From assembly GCA_937625935.1 (NCBI GenBank), contig OW569351.1, positions 558,001 to 622,000 on the forward strand: a stretch of 64,000 bases of DNA, read 5' to 3'. The stretch comes from Tetramitus jugosus (Eukaryota; Protista; Heterolobosea). How positions within the stretch are numbered: position 1 is the first letter of the stretch; every line of letters starts with the position of its first letter. Position numbers and translations under genes: made by a program. This document shows, piece by piece, positions 23,797-33,699 of this stretch. The notes under the pieces are model-generated. The model was not told the DNA's origin. It searched no databases and saw only the letters and a list, made by a program, of their open reading frames with translations.

Positions 23797-24693
23797 TTAG
23801 ATATCTGGATCATCATCTGGTTCAGCAATCTTAGTCTTTGCCAAAAACTCTTGCAGCTTCTTCTCATACACCTCATCTTCCAACATTTCAGCATGTGCCA
23901 ACTTCTCCATTGTTTGAGAAACGACAGCCATTTGATGTTTCACGTGTTCATTGATCAATTCGTGCTCCTTTGTAGCGAATGCTGGGAACGGAATCAAGTG
24001 TGGATCCTTCTTTTCGGTTCTTGTCGCCGCATCAAATTTCACTTGTTCAAACTTTCTTCTCGCTTGATTCGACAATTCGACCACTGATCTCATGGACAAT
24101 GGTTCAGTCTGAGCCAATTCTGACAACATTTTTCTGTTCAATTGACAACCTGAGAGAGCCAATCCGTACATGAATTGATGATACTTGATACCAAATTCCT
24201 GTGTAGAGGCCTTAATGTTCTGTATCCACAGTGCTCTATAATCACGCTTCTTTTGCTTTCTGCCCTTGTATGCATGTTGAAGACCGTGTTCAACTATTAT
24301 TATTATTATTATTATTGTTTTGACATCAATCATTCATATAATTATCATCATCATCATCATCACACCAATGGGAATGCAATATTTTTTGTCGTGTGGTCGG
24401 TCATTTTGTTTCAGTCATTCCACATTGCAATTGTTGACATGATGTTCGTTTGCGCGAATGTATGGTTGTTGAGAGTAAATTCGTTTGATGTTCAACAGTA
24501 AATCACATATCATGGATGATAGATAATAGAGCAAAAACAACGAAATGATAAGTTTTACCGTCGTGTGTGAAAAATGCGAGTGATGGAAAAAAGAAAGTGA
24601 CGTACCTCTGTTGGCGGCTAGTCGGTAGCTACTCTTGCTTCTGCCATAGAAACCCTTGGCCAATTCGAAAATTTTGCTTCTTCTGTTGGTCAT
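23797..24693 (-). CDS. MRPL20: Mitochondrial ribosomal protein bL20m; intron 24294-24605
   Basis: Spliced product reads LAKGFYGR..YRLAANR-VEHGLQHAYKGRKQKKRDYRALWI..LNRKMLSELA, the L20 signature; the GT-AG intron restores the frame. Confidence 0.88.
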
Positions 24694-24823
24694 TTTTCGA
24701 AGTTTTAGTTTGTGGGTGTTGCACAATCAAAGAGAAAAATGTTTTGCGTTCTTTGTAATGTGAAAAAGAATCGGCGACAACTATTCCCCGACTATTGATT
24801 TTGTATTGGGTTGGTATTGGCCT

Positions 24824-26635
24824 TTAGCTGACCATCACATGGACCATGCTCTTGTGTACTTCTCCAAATATCGTGCTTTTCATATCCAACATTGATTCTC
24901 CATCGACTGAAATATTTTGAGGGAGCTTCTCAGGGTCGAGAAATTCAATTTTGTAAGCTCTTGTCTTCACTCTGGATATTTGCAGACGAGTGTCATTGGA
25001 AAACTCTCCCTTTCGACTCCAGTTGAAAGCTCCACGAAGGAGAACAACTCTTGGAAGTGGTACTGCATCGTTTGACAAATTTGATTCATGTTTTGAGCAC
25101 TTTGACACCCACAAGAGCTCGACTTCACCGTCATTGAGAACGTTCTGCTCTATTTTCTTATGACTTGCCGCAAATCGATCCAAATGATTGTTATTTACCG
25201 TCGCTATAAAGAGAAATTCTCCCTCAATCACCTTAACTCGATCCGATGGACTGTGTCGTCCCGTGGAATGCTCCTCGGTTTTATACTCTGGGAAGTACTT
25301 GTCGAGCAGTCTATGTTCCGTGTTTCCTTCGATGTACTGAATCCGTGCTCGAAAGTAATGGTTTTTCGCGATGGCTTTCAGGGCTCCCAATAAGTAACGT
25401 GTGTCCCCATGAAGTCGATATCTCTTGAATTTGTCACTAAAGTGAACAATATCAGAAAAGAAACCCACTATCGACGTACACACAGCATATTGCTTCTCTC
25501 TGTTCTGATGGTACTCCAATACATCCATTGGTAGTGACTGTCCCTTGGCGATCATTGCAAAATAGAGACTGGCAAGTTGTCTATATTGAATGCTGGGAGT
25601 GTGGTGGTCAATGTCTGTCGGCACTGGATATCGATCTGCATTGAGAGTCATTGCTAATGAATTATTGGTTCCGGCAGGGATCACTGCAATGGATAACTTT
25701 CTATAAACCTCCTGTGCATCCGAGCGATTGCGTAACGCATTGACAATCTCGTGCACTAAGCCATCACCCCCAATGGCAACTATCACGTTATAGTCATAGA
25801 TAAAATCACCTTCTGATATCAATGCAAAAGCATGATTGTAATACTTGGTTTCGAAGTGAGTGAAGGAGAAGAGATGTGGCATATTGTTTGAAGTGTTGCG
25901 GAACAGTGGGAATAGAACCTTGTTATACAACTTGTCACCACGAGAACCAGATTTGGGATTCACGAATATCAATGCCTTCCCCGGTGTCTCAGATGTCCAG
26001 TGAGTAATCCTTTTCGTGAGAGCACTAATCCATCGATTACAAGCAGACATGTTGTCACACAATATGGTGATGTAGCTCTCCTCTGGTGTCAATAGATGGC
26101 TCGTGTTGGGTATGGGAAGCACCATGATCTTGAACTGTTCGGGTAAACCGGATCGAAACACAGCGTAAATATCACTGTATGGAATGCTAAAGTACGGTAT
26201 CGATTGTGTCACAGGTAGATGATCTGGATGAAAATTCAATTGACTCTCACCCAACTTCAATTTGACTAGAACTGGATGTTTTGCGACATTCTCGACTTTT
26301 TCACTGTGAACCAAGTACCGAAAATCATAGGTCACCGTCAGTATCATTTCTGACAGGCTATCACCCTCGATTTGCCTTTCGCGTAGATCAATATCGTCTA
26401 ATCTGGCTTCCCTTCTTCTAAGGTTCTGCTGAGGTTCTGGCGATTGTCTTGGATTTTCAGGGACAGAATAGATCACATTGTTATTGTTGAGGGAGGTGCA
26501 TTGATGATTGTTGATGGGCCACGAATGGACAGCGAGATACTCCTCAAGTTGAGGAAGATGAGTATTAATGTATGAAAGGGAGTCATCGGGTGGAATTGTA
26601 GCTGGGCTTTGTGGTTGCTGGGGATATGAATTCAT
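24824..26635 (-). CDS. Sphingosine/ceramide kinase-like (DAGK catalytic family) with PH-like N-terminus
   Basis: IFVNPKSG, IGGDGLVHEIVN, IPAGTNN and VDGE motifs. Start taken at the first ATG. Confidence 0.85.
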   Translation of the reverse strand: MNSYPQQPQSPATIPPDDSLSYINTHLPQLEEYLAVHSWPINNHQCTSLNNNNVIYSVPENPRQSPEPQQNLRRREARLDDIDLRERQIEGDSLSEMILTVTYDFRYLVHSEKVENVAKHPVLVKLKLGESQLNFHPDHLPVTQSIPYFSIPYSDIYAVFRSGLPEQFKIMVLPIPNTSHLLTPEESYITILCDNMSACNRWISALTKRITHWTSETPGKALIFVNPKSGSRGDKLYNKVLFPLFRNTSNNMPHLFSFTHFETKYYNHAFALISEGDFIYDYNVIVAIGGDGLVHEIVNALRNRSDAQEVYRKLSIAVIPAGTNNSLAMTLNADRYPVPTDIDHHTPSIQYRQLASLYFAMIAKGQSLPMDVLEYHQNREKQYAVCTSIVGFFSDIVHFSDKFKRYRLHGDTRYLLGALKAIAKNHYFRARIQYIEGNTEHRLLDKYFPEYKTEEHSTGRHSPSDRVKVIEGEFLFIATVNNNHLDRFAASHKKIEQNVLNDGEVELLWVSKCSKHESNLSNDAVPLPRVVLLRGAFNWSRKGEFSNDTRLQISRVKTRAYKIEFLDPEKLPQNISVDGESMLDMKSTIFGEVHKSMVHVMVS

Positions 26636-27001
26636 TTGTTTCAAGTTATCTGAATGTATGATTTGGTTGTATTCCAGAAGTTTTAATCCCAAAAAAGAAA
26701 TGCCATATTTTTATCGTCAAAATTGGCAGATTCTCGCTACAATTTCTTTGCATAAAATTGCATCAAACACGCTTCCATGGAGTTCTTGGAGTTTATTCGA
26801 CACGTTGTAATTCTCCGATGAGATAAGCTTCACCGAGCTTGAAGAAAACACGTTGTACGGAGCGATGTTCAAACCACCGGAGACAGCACTACGTGTTTTT
26901 GTTTCTTCTTGTCAACCATGCTACACCTTTATAAACAAGTTATTCCATCGGCATGACTTTTGTTCTCTCTCATAAAAACAAAAAACAATTAATTAAGAAT
27001 T

Positions 27002-27937
27002 ATGAGAGCTATCACTATTGCTTTGCTTGTAGCCATGTTTGTAGCATGTGCTTCTGCTTACACCTTGATCAACGATGTCAACATGATTGACAGAGTTAAC
27101 TCCAACCCAAAGGCTTCCTGGAAGGCAAAGGCCCACAAGAAGTTCGAAGGTATGACCATGGAACAAATGAAGAAGACTCTTGGTAACTTTATGCCAGTCC
27201 AAGAAACTTTGCACATTGAGAGACACAACCCTGTTGTCAAGTCCAACATCCCTGACGAGTTCGACGGTAGAAAGGCTTTCGGTAACTGCATTGGTCCAAT
27301 CAGAGATCAAGCTCACTGCGGTTCCTGCTGGGCAATGTCCAGCGCTGCTGCCATGTCCGACAGATTCTGCATTGCTTCCAAGAACAACAGCTATGTTGAA
27401 TTGTCCCCACAATACATTGTTTCCTGCGACTCTAGCAACTATGGTTGCGATGGTGGTTATTTGGACTTGGTCTGGAAGTTCTTGGCTACCACTGGTACTG
27501 TCTCTGAGAAATGCGACCCATACTCCTCTGGAACTGGTCACGTTGAATCTTGCCCAAGAACCTGCAAGGACGGATCCAAGATTGACACCTACAAGATGGA
27601 CAGAAGCAGCATCAAGCTCTTCGACCCAAAGAACATTGAAGCTATGCAAGAGGACATCATGACCTACGGATCTGTCCAAATCGGCTTCAGAGTCTACCAA
27701 GATTTCTTCTCCTACAGCTCCGGTGTCTACAGACATTTGCACGGTGGTTTGGCAGGCGGTCACGCTGTCAAGGTTATCGGCTGGGGTCACGATTCCGCTT
27801 CCAACCTCCCATACTGGATTGTTGCCAACTCCTGGGGCGAGTCTTGGGGCATGGACGGCTTCTTCTGGATCTTGAGAGGCGCAAACGAGTGTGACTTGGA
27901 ATCTCAAATGTTCTCCGCTAGACCATTGTTGAACTAA
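27002..27937 (+). CDS. Cathepsin B-like papain-family cysteine protease
   Basis: Signal peptide, QAHCGSCWA, GCDGG, GHAVKVIGWG and NSWG; strong high-expression codon bias. Confidence 0.95.
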   Translation: MRAITIALLVAMFVACASAYTLINDVNMIDRVNSNPKASWKAKAHKKFEGMTMEQMKKTLGNFMPVQETLHIERHNPVVKSNIPDEFDGRKAFGNCIGPIRDQAHCGSCWAMSSAAAMSDRFCIASKNNSYVELSPQYIVSCDSSNYGCDGGYLDLVWKFLATTGTVSEKCDPYSSGTGHVESCPRTCKDGSKIDTYKMDRSSIKLFDPKNIEAMQEDIMTYGSVQIGFRVYQDFFSYSSGVYRHLHGGLAGGHAVKVIGWGHDSASNLPYWIVANSWGESWGMDGFFWILRGANECDLESQMFSARPLLN

Positions 27938-28252
27938 TTCACTGATCGATTGATGTACTAGTAAATATTTGACATATTATTGCTCAAGCAACTCAACTTG
28001 TTTATCACGTCGTCTAAGAAGTTTGATTTTCCTTGTTTCTTCGTTCGAATCTCGTGTGTTCTTCTTCTTGCTAATCTTGAGGAGTAACTAACATCTTCTT
28101 CCACTTCACCTAGGATTCATCTTCATCCTCGAGGATTGCTTCGGTCTTTGCTCAATGAGAACTGAAGAACATTGTGTTGTTGCTCGTTGCAAGATGGTAG
28201 TACTTGACCACTGTTTGGTCCAAGAAATGATCAATAATGTGGATGATCAATC

Positions 28253-30286
28253 ATGTCCGCCTGTCGTAAATTAACAACTCCAAAAAGATCGTTCAACCAG
28301 GATGCAAAAATAAAGTTGTCCCTTGAAAGGAATTGGACCACAAGATCAGAAAAGCTGAAAATGAGCAAAAAGAACAGATCATCCTCGAGTCACACCAACA
28401 AGAAGAAGAACCAAGCACCAAAATCCATGTCTTCATCATCAGAGCCTCCCTTGGATAAAATATCTGTTCTCCAGAGCGACGACAAGCACAATCTCGATCA
28501 GAATGCAACAGTTGCGTCTGGAGAACTGAAGAATCAGAGCTCCATGGTCATAATGAGAGCGAATGGTGAAAACAACAATCGTAGCGGTGATAACGATGAG
28601 ATCATTGTTCCCAATGTGATTCAATTACAACAAGTGCAGCAGGACGAAGATGTGAACGAGATGCTCTTGAATGCACCTTCCATAGCAAACACCTCTACTC
28701 TCACTGATGCGGGTGCAGAGAAATTGTTGGAAGAGAAGCTCCATGAGATCAAAAATGATCAACAGCAGTCTACGAGTGTCAATGCAGAGCATAAGGCAGA
28801 TGAAATGAATAGTGATGTGGAGAGTGATGCAGAGGTTGAATCTCCGGAAGATCATGACGATGAAGATGAACACAAGTCAGCCACCATGAGACGATCCATG
28901 AGTCACATGGGCAAATTTATGATTATTACAGAGTTGCCTACGAACAAGATGATAAGCACAGGTGTTTTACTGTTTGAACACAATCCACAAAAGATGAATC
29001 AAGAAGTGTTCAAGAGACTGTTGTTTGAACGAGTCATTCGCAAGTACACGCGTTTTCGAAGCCTTGTAAACGAAGACACCAATGAGTTTGAAGAAATGTG
29101 CGATGACTCGTTCAATATTGACAATCATTTCCACACTGAGAGCATTCGTTTCACTCGCAAAAGAAGGTACAGTCCAGAGAAGAATGCCCAGTTGGAAGAA
29201 AGATGTCTGAGGCGATTGATGAGTCGTGTAATTACGAGGCCATTCAACAAGAGTCTACCATTGTGGGATGTCATTACAGTTGACGACTATTCAAAGGGAT
29301 TTCTAGTCATGTGGCGAATTCATCACTGCATAGGTGATGGAACATCGTTGGCCATGGTCGTAGCCGAGATGGGTGACAATTCTCATGTACCTGAACAATT
29401 CAAGAGCTTGAAAGAAAAGTATACTCCGAGTGAGACTCATCACTGGTTCTTGAGTCGGAAGCTCATTCGTTTGGTGCACTCTATATTGTTGGTGCTATTG
29501 TTCTTGCTTGGATGTATCCGTATTTTGATCAAATGGACATTTATGGCTTTAAGTGGACCAGATCCACCTACCAGATTCAAGGGGCAACTAACCGAGGAGA
29601 AAATTGTTGGATTCAAGAGCAAGAAAATAAAGTTGACACAGGTAAAGGAGGTGGGTAAAGTGCTCAAGACCACAGTGAATGATGTCGTCATGTCATGTTT
29701 CGCTGGAGCACTAGACAGATATTGTAAGGAAAAGGGAGATGAAGTAACTCAGAGAATGGTCCGATTGAGTATTCCTGTCAACATTAGAACTGACTTGCAT
29801 GAGATGCTCACTCCTTCTAACAAGTTTGGTTTCATTGTTTGTAAGTTGCCGCTCGGTATCAACGACACACTCATGAGACTAAAGCAAGTGAAGAAGGAGA
29901 TGGATTATAACAAGAGACTGCCTGAACAGGTGTTCTCATACTATGTGGGATTGGTGACTGGTTATCTACCAAAATCATTCGTGAGACATAGTTTCAATCT
30001 ATTGTCGTCCTATCAGACAGCAGTGTTGACAAACATTAGAGGACCGACTGAGGAGATCGCCATGAATGGTGTCAAAGTCTTGGATATAACGGCATTTGCT
30101 CCTCAACCTGGTGGGGTTGGTGTAGGAGCATTGGCCCTCAGCTACAATGGCTATTTGAATATCACTGTAGTTGGCGATCAACATCTGTTGCCTGATGCGC
30201 ATGTGATTGCTGATTATATTATCGAGGAATTTCAAGTATTGTATCAAATTATCAAGGCTGACACACTGGATAAGTGCTGGGAATAA
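28253..30286 (+). CDS. Wax ester synthase/diacylglycerol acyltransferase (WS/DGAT)
   Basis: HHCIGDG catalytic motif, PLW, TVNDVV, TNIRGP and SYNG. Start may be Met 28361. Confidence 0.9.
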   Translation: MSACRKLTTPKRSFNQDAKIKLSLERNWTTRSEKLKMSKKNRSSSSHTNKKKNQAPKSMSSSSEPPLDKISVLQSDDKHNLDQNATVASGELKNQSSMVIMRANGENNNRSGDNDEIIVPNVIQLQQVQQDEDVNEMLLNAPSIANTSTLTDAGAEKLLEEKLHEIKNDQQQSTSVNAEHKADEMNSDVESDAEVESPEDHDDEDEHKSATMRRSMSHMGKFMIITELPTNKMISTGVLLFEHNPQKMNQEVFKRLLFERVIRKYTRFRSLVNEDTNEFEEMCDDSFNIDNHFHTESIRFTRKRRYSPEKNAQLEERCLRRLMSRVITRPFNKSLPLWDVITVDDYSKGFLVMWRIHHCIGDGTSLAMVVAEMGDNSHVPEQFKSLKEKYTPSETHHWFLSRKLIRLVHSILLVLLFLLGCIRILIKWTFMALSGPDPPTRFKGQLTEEKIVGFKSKKIKLTQVKEVGKVLKTTVNDVVMSCFAGALDRYCKEKGDEVTQRMVRLSIPVNIRTDLHEMLTPSNKFGFIVCKLPLGINDTLMRLKQVKKEMDYNKRLPEQVFSYYVGLVTGYLPKSFVRHSFNLLSSYQTAVLTNIRGPTEEIAMNGVKVLDITAFAPQPGGVGVGALALSYNGYLNITVVGDQHLLPDAHVIADYIIEEFQVLYQIIKADTLDKCWE

Positions 30287-30667
30287 GAAAACGGAAATGT
30301 CGGATGAGCGATTGTTCCAGAATACAGCCATGTTCTGTCCTTCATCTTTCCTAAACATGAACGGTACGACATGCAACCGGAAGAACAACAATAAAGGAGG
30401 AGTGGCAATTTCCATTCGATTATCAACACACATACAACCAATTGATGAGGGTTTGACAGTGGTGGTGGGTGGGGGATTGGATGGGGAATATTGGGTGTTG
30501 ATTGGATCGTGGAGGACAAAGTGACGATTTTTGTTTTTTGTGTAATGTGAAAGTCCGTACGTGAGAAAAACGCGGGAGAAAACAAGTCAGTTCATCTGTT
30601 GTCAACTTCAGATGTTGGCCGGCAAATTTTCAAGTAATTGCAACAATTCACATTCCAAAAACAAAGA

Positions 30668-31015
30668 ATGCTCGTCAATGATTTAAACACGATACCAGTG
30701 TCCTATCTCTCCCATGATCAAGACGTAGAGAAGAGAGTCATTTTGAAGAATGGAGACGTCCCGAACATCACCCAATTTGCACAAGCAATCCTCCAGCCAG
30801 GTCAAGTGGTTACGAGGCACAAACACAGTGATATGAACGAAGTATTCCTGGTCCAGAGTGGATCCGCTGAGATGGAAGTGGATGGTAGAGTGTTTGAAAT
30901 TCGTAGAGGAATGGTCGTGACTGTTCAACCTGGAGAGTTCCATTCGATCGTCAACAATAATCCAAAGGAAGAATTGGTTTTATTGTACTTTGGAGTGTTG
31001 CAGAACGCTGAGTGA
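30668..31015 (+). CDS. Cupin-2 domain protein
   Basis: PGQVVTRHKHSDMNEVFLV..G and PGEFHSIVN cupin motifs. Confidence 0.85.
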   Translation: MLVNDLNTIPVSYLSHDQDVEKRVILKNGDVPNITQFAQAILQPGQVVTRHKHSDMNEVFLVQSGSAEMEVDGRVFEIRRGMVVTVQPGEFHSIVNNNPKEELVLLYFGVLQNAE

Positions 31016-31079
31016 AGAAGAAGAAGTTTACATGATAACCTACTACGACGACAATAAGGGATGAGTTAGAATCTCAACT

Positions 31080-33320
31080 TTAGATGGTTACATTTGGGTT
31101 GATCATATCCTTGATCAATGTGGAATAGTATGGAGGGATGACTGCTGTTGGATTCGATGCCTTCACTCTGTCAAAGTACTTCTTGTACACTTGGCCGTCA
31201 TAGCAACCCAATGGTGAATTAATAATAAAATCTGAAAGATTGAAACTGTCGACAATGCTGATACTATCGCGTCTAATTTCCTTCATTAGTTCACGCACTC
31301 TTTGTCCAAGCATCTTGTACTGCTTGGATGACATGTAATCTTCTGACAATAGAATGGTTGCGTCCTGTTCGAGACACATGTGACAAACGAACAAATCGCA
31401 AATGTTCTTAAGGACGCGATGAACGGAGGCATCAGAGGTATTCTCAGCCACTGCTTCCATGAAAGACTCTGCCATATAGAGATAGCAGTGAGCCTTGGCA
31501 CAGGACAACAGGTCAACTTGACATTCGTTCCATGCAATCGGCATATTCTTTTTTCTGTCTTTTCCAATGATTTTTTGAGCGCGAAGACCAGTGTTGGACA
31601 ACAGTTTAGCACTCTTGAATCTTAGGGCATGCAATTGAACTTTGACATCACTAAAGTCCTCTGGTGATTTAGCTTCACACTTTTCTGTCAATAAGGTCAT
31701 CAGATCTGTGAGATAAGCGACAGATGTATTGGAAATATCGGACTTTGTTCTACCAGTTGTCACAGCAATAATAGTTTTCAACAAATAGCGAGACGTCTGT
31801 TGAGCTAGTACTGAGTTCTGCCCATCCCAAGTTTGCTGCACAGCAGAATCGGCCAACATTTGTGGGAATCCACTATACGCACTATAGCCATGTCCCCCAC
31901 AAGCTTGTCTACATGATTCAATACCTTCATAGGTGATCCATGTGGTGTATGCCTTCAGACCAGCACTCAGATTGTGCAAATCTGGTAAAATAGAGGACAC
32001 AATGCCCTTCTCTTGATCATGAAGGGCTCTGTTGTGCACATTATTGAGTTTTGCAGCAGAAAAATGCATGGCAAAGGCTGCACTCACGTATGGGAACAAG
32101 CGATATTGGTGACTCTGGTAGTCCATAATCTTCTGCTCAGCATCCAAGCTAGTCGTATGGAACTGGCGTCTCACACATCCATATCTAATAGCAATCGTCA
32201 ATGCTCTTTGGAGATCGACTGAGGATTGACCAGCAATATCGATTCTGGCAGGCACTACAGCACCGTATGCCAACTGTGGCAGAGGAGGTGGAGTGTACTT
32301 TCCTTCTCTTGATACTTGAGCCCATTTCATCAACATGTGGCCTCTAGGGATACGCACGCGTGTAAACTGAATCCAACCATTATCGATTGTATCCCGACCC
32401 ATCTTTTTTCCGATATCTCCGAACGCGACTCCCATCATTGGCTCATGCGTTCTCAAGTCACGCAACTGAACCAAGAACGAGTGAGGTCCATAACTCTTTC
32501 CAGCAATGCACAGTTGGGCAAATACAACAGCATGAGTAGCCGTGGATCCAGCACCGCCAATCCACCACTTGGTCGACGTGTCAGTAGGAGAATGAATCAC
32601 GAATTCATCGCGATCCGCATCAAATGTCGCAGTGGTCTCTAATCCTCTCAAGTAACTTCCATGACCCAGTTCTGTCATTGCGAACACACCGTAAATCTGC
32701 AAGGATTCAGCCAATGGAACCACCTTGTTCCTCAACTCATCATGTCCCTGTCCCTTGATTGCATTCATAAACAGACCACAATGAACTCCGAATCGAGTAA
32801 ATGAACCGGGATCAGATACAGACAACAGACTCCATACGTGACGATTGGCAATACCAATCATTCTCTCTCTTTCACTTGCATCCATATTCTTATCCTTGTT
32901 CAGAAGCAACTTGTCCATCTCTAATGCAATGTTTTTAAAAAACATGGGTCCCTTTCTCGCCTTTTTCATACTAATCTCTCTCAATTCCTCCAGATTCTTA
33001 TCATAATTATCAACCTGTCCAAACACTACATCTCTCTCCATCAATTGCATTGCATATTCCTTGATCAGTGTCACGTCTTCACCTTCACTCAGAATGTGAG
33101 TCAATGCACGAATGGATTGAGGGTTCAAAATGGATTGACGTCGTTCCTCTTCCAGTGGAGATGACAATGATTGGACAGTAGCAGCAGCGTCAGCAGCAGC
33201 AGAAGTATGATTCAGTTGAATCGCTTGGGCCGAGTGGTTGTTATGGATTGATACTTCATCAGCAGGTGTCAAGTGAGCCTGCAAAACTTGTAATCGGTTA
33301 CGAATCTGTTGAGTGGACAT
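31080..33320 (-). CDS. ACOX: Peroxisomal acyl-CoA oxidase with N-terminal PTS2
   Basis: FAMTELGHGS, KWWIGG, DIGKKMG, RQACGGHGY and PLGCYDG; RLQVLQAHL matches PTS2. Confidence 0.93.
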   Translation of the reverse strand: MSTQQIRNRLQVLQAHLTPADEVSIHNNHSAQAIQLNHTSAAADAAATVQSLSSPLEEERRQSILNPQSIRALTHILSEGEDVTLIKEYAMQLMERDVVFGQVDNYDKNLEELREISMKKARKGPMFFKNIALEMDKLLLNKDKNMDASERERMIGIANRHVWSLLSVSDPGSFTRFGVHCGLFMNAIKGQGHDELRNKVVPLAESLQIYGVFAMTELGHGSYLRGLETTATFDADRDEFVIHSPTDTSTKWWIGGAGSTATHAVVFAQLCIAGKSYGPHSFLVQLRDLRTHEPMMGVAFGDIGKKMGRDTIDNGWIQFTRVRIPRGHMLMKWAQVSREGKYTPPPLPQLAYGAVVPARIDIAGQSSVDLQRALTIAIRYGCVRRQFHTTSLDAEQKIMDYQSHQYRLFPYVSAAFAMHFSAAKLNNVHNRALHDQEKGIVSSILPDLHNLSAGLKAYTTWITYEGIESCRQACGGHGYSAYSGFPQMLADSAVQQTWDGQNSVLAQQTSRYLLKTIIAVTTGRTKSDISNTSVAYLTDLMTLLTEKCEAKSPEDFSDVKVQLHALRFKSAKLLSNTGLRAQKIIGKDRKKNMPIAWNECQVDLLSCAKAHCYLYMAESFMEAVAENTSDASVHRVLKNICDLFVCHMCLEQDATILLSEDYMSSKQYKMLGQRVRELMKEIRRDSISIVDSFNLSDFIINSPLGCYDGQVYKKYFDRVKASNPTAVIPPYYSTLIKDMINPNVTI

Positions 33321-33699
33321 TCTGAACAAGCAATTAATGGCACTAGTGTGATTGGATTGTTGTTGTCAGGTTTTTTTTTCCGGACAATATCCGCTTTGAT
33401 CATCTTGTTCCGATATTCTCCATGAGACAATTTACTCCGTTGGCCGATGATGACAGCAAAAAAAAAAAAAAACAAGTTCGCCCACAAAAGAAGAACGAAT
33501 TTTCTGCCTTGTTTCTTCACCAGTTCCACCACTCACCTTCCTCGAACCCCTATTACTTTCGTTAGACAGTTTGTTGCCTCTCAATACTACAGTGAAAAAA
33601 AATCATCTGAAGAATCATTTTTTTTTTGTTGCCACCATTGATTGATTTGAGCGAGAGCTAAAAAAGAATACATTTTTCACTCAGCAGCAGCAGCACACA

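Noticed and set aside
24294-24365. (ATT)n and (CAT)n microsatellites
   Set aside because: Ordinary intronic simple repeats in the L20 gene.
26993-27907. 304-aa antisense ORF over cathepsin B
   Set aside because: Explained by the strong codon bias of the sense gene, which removes antisense stops; no recognisable motifs.
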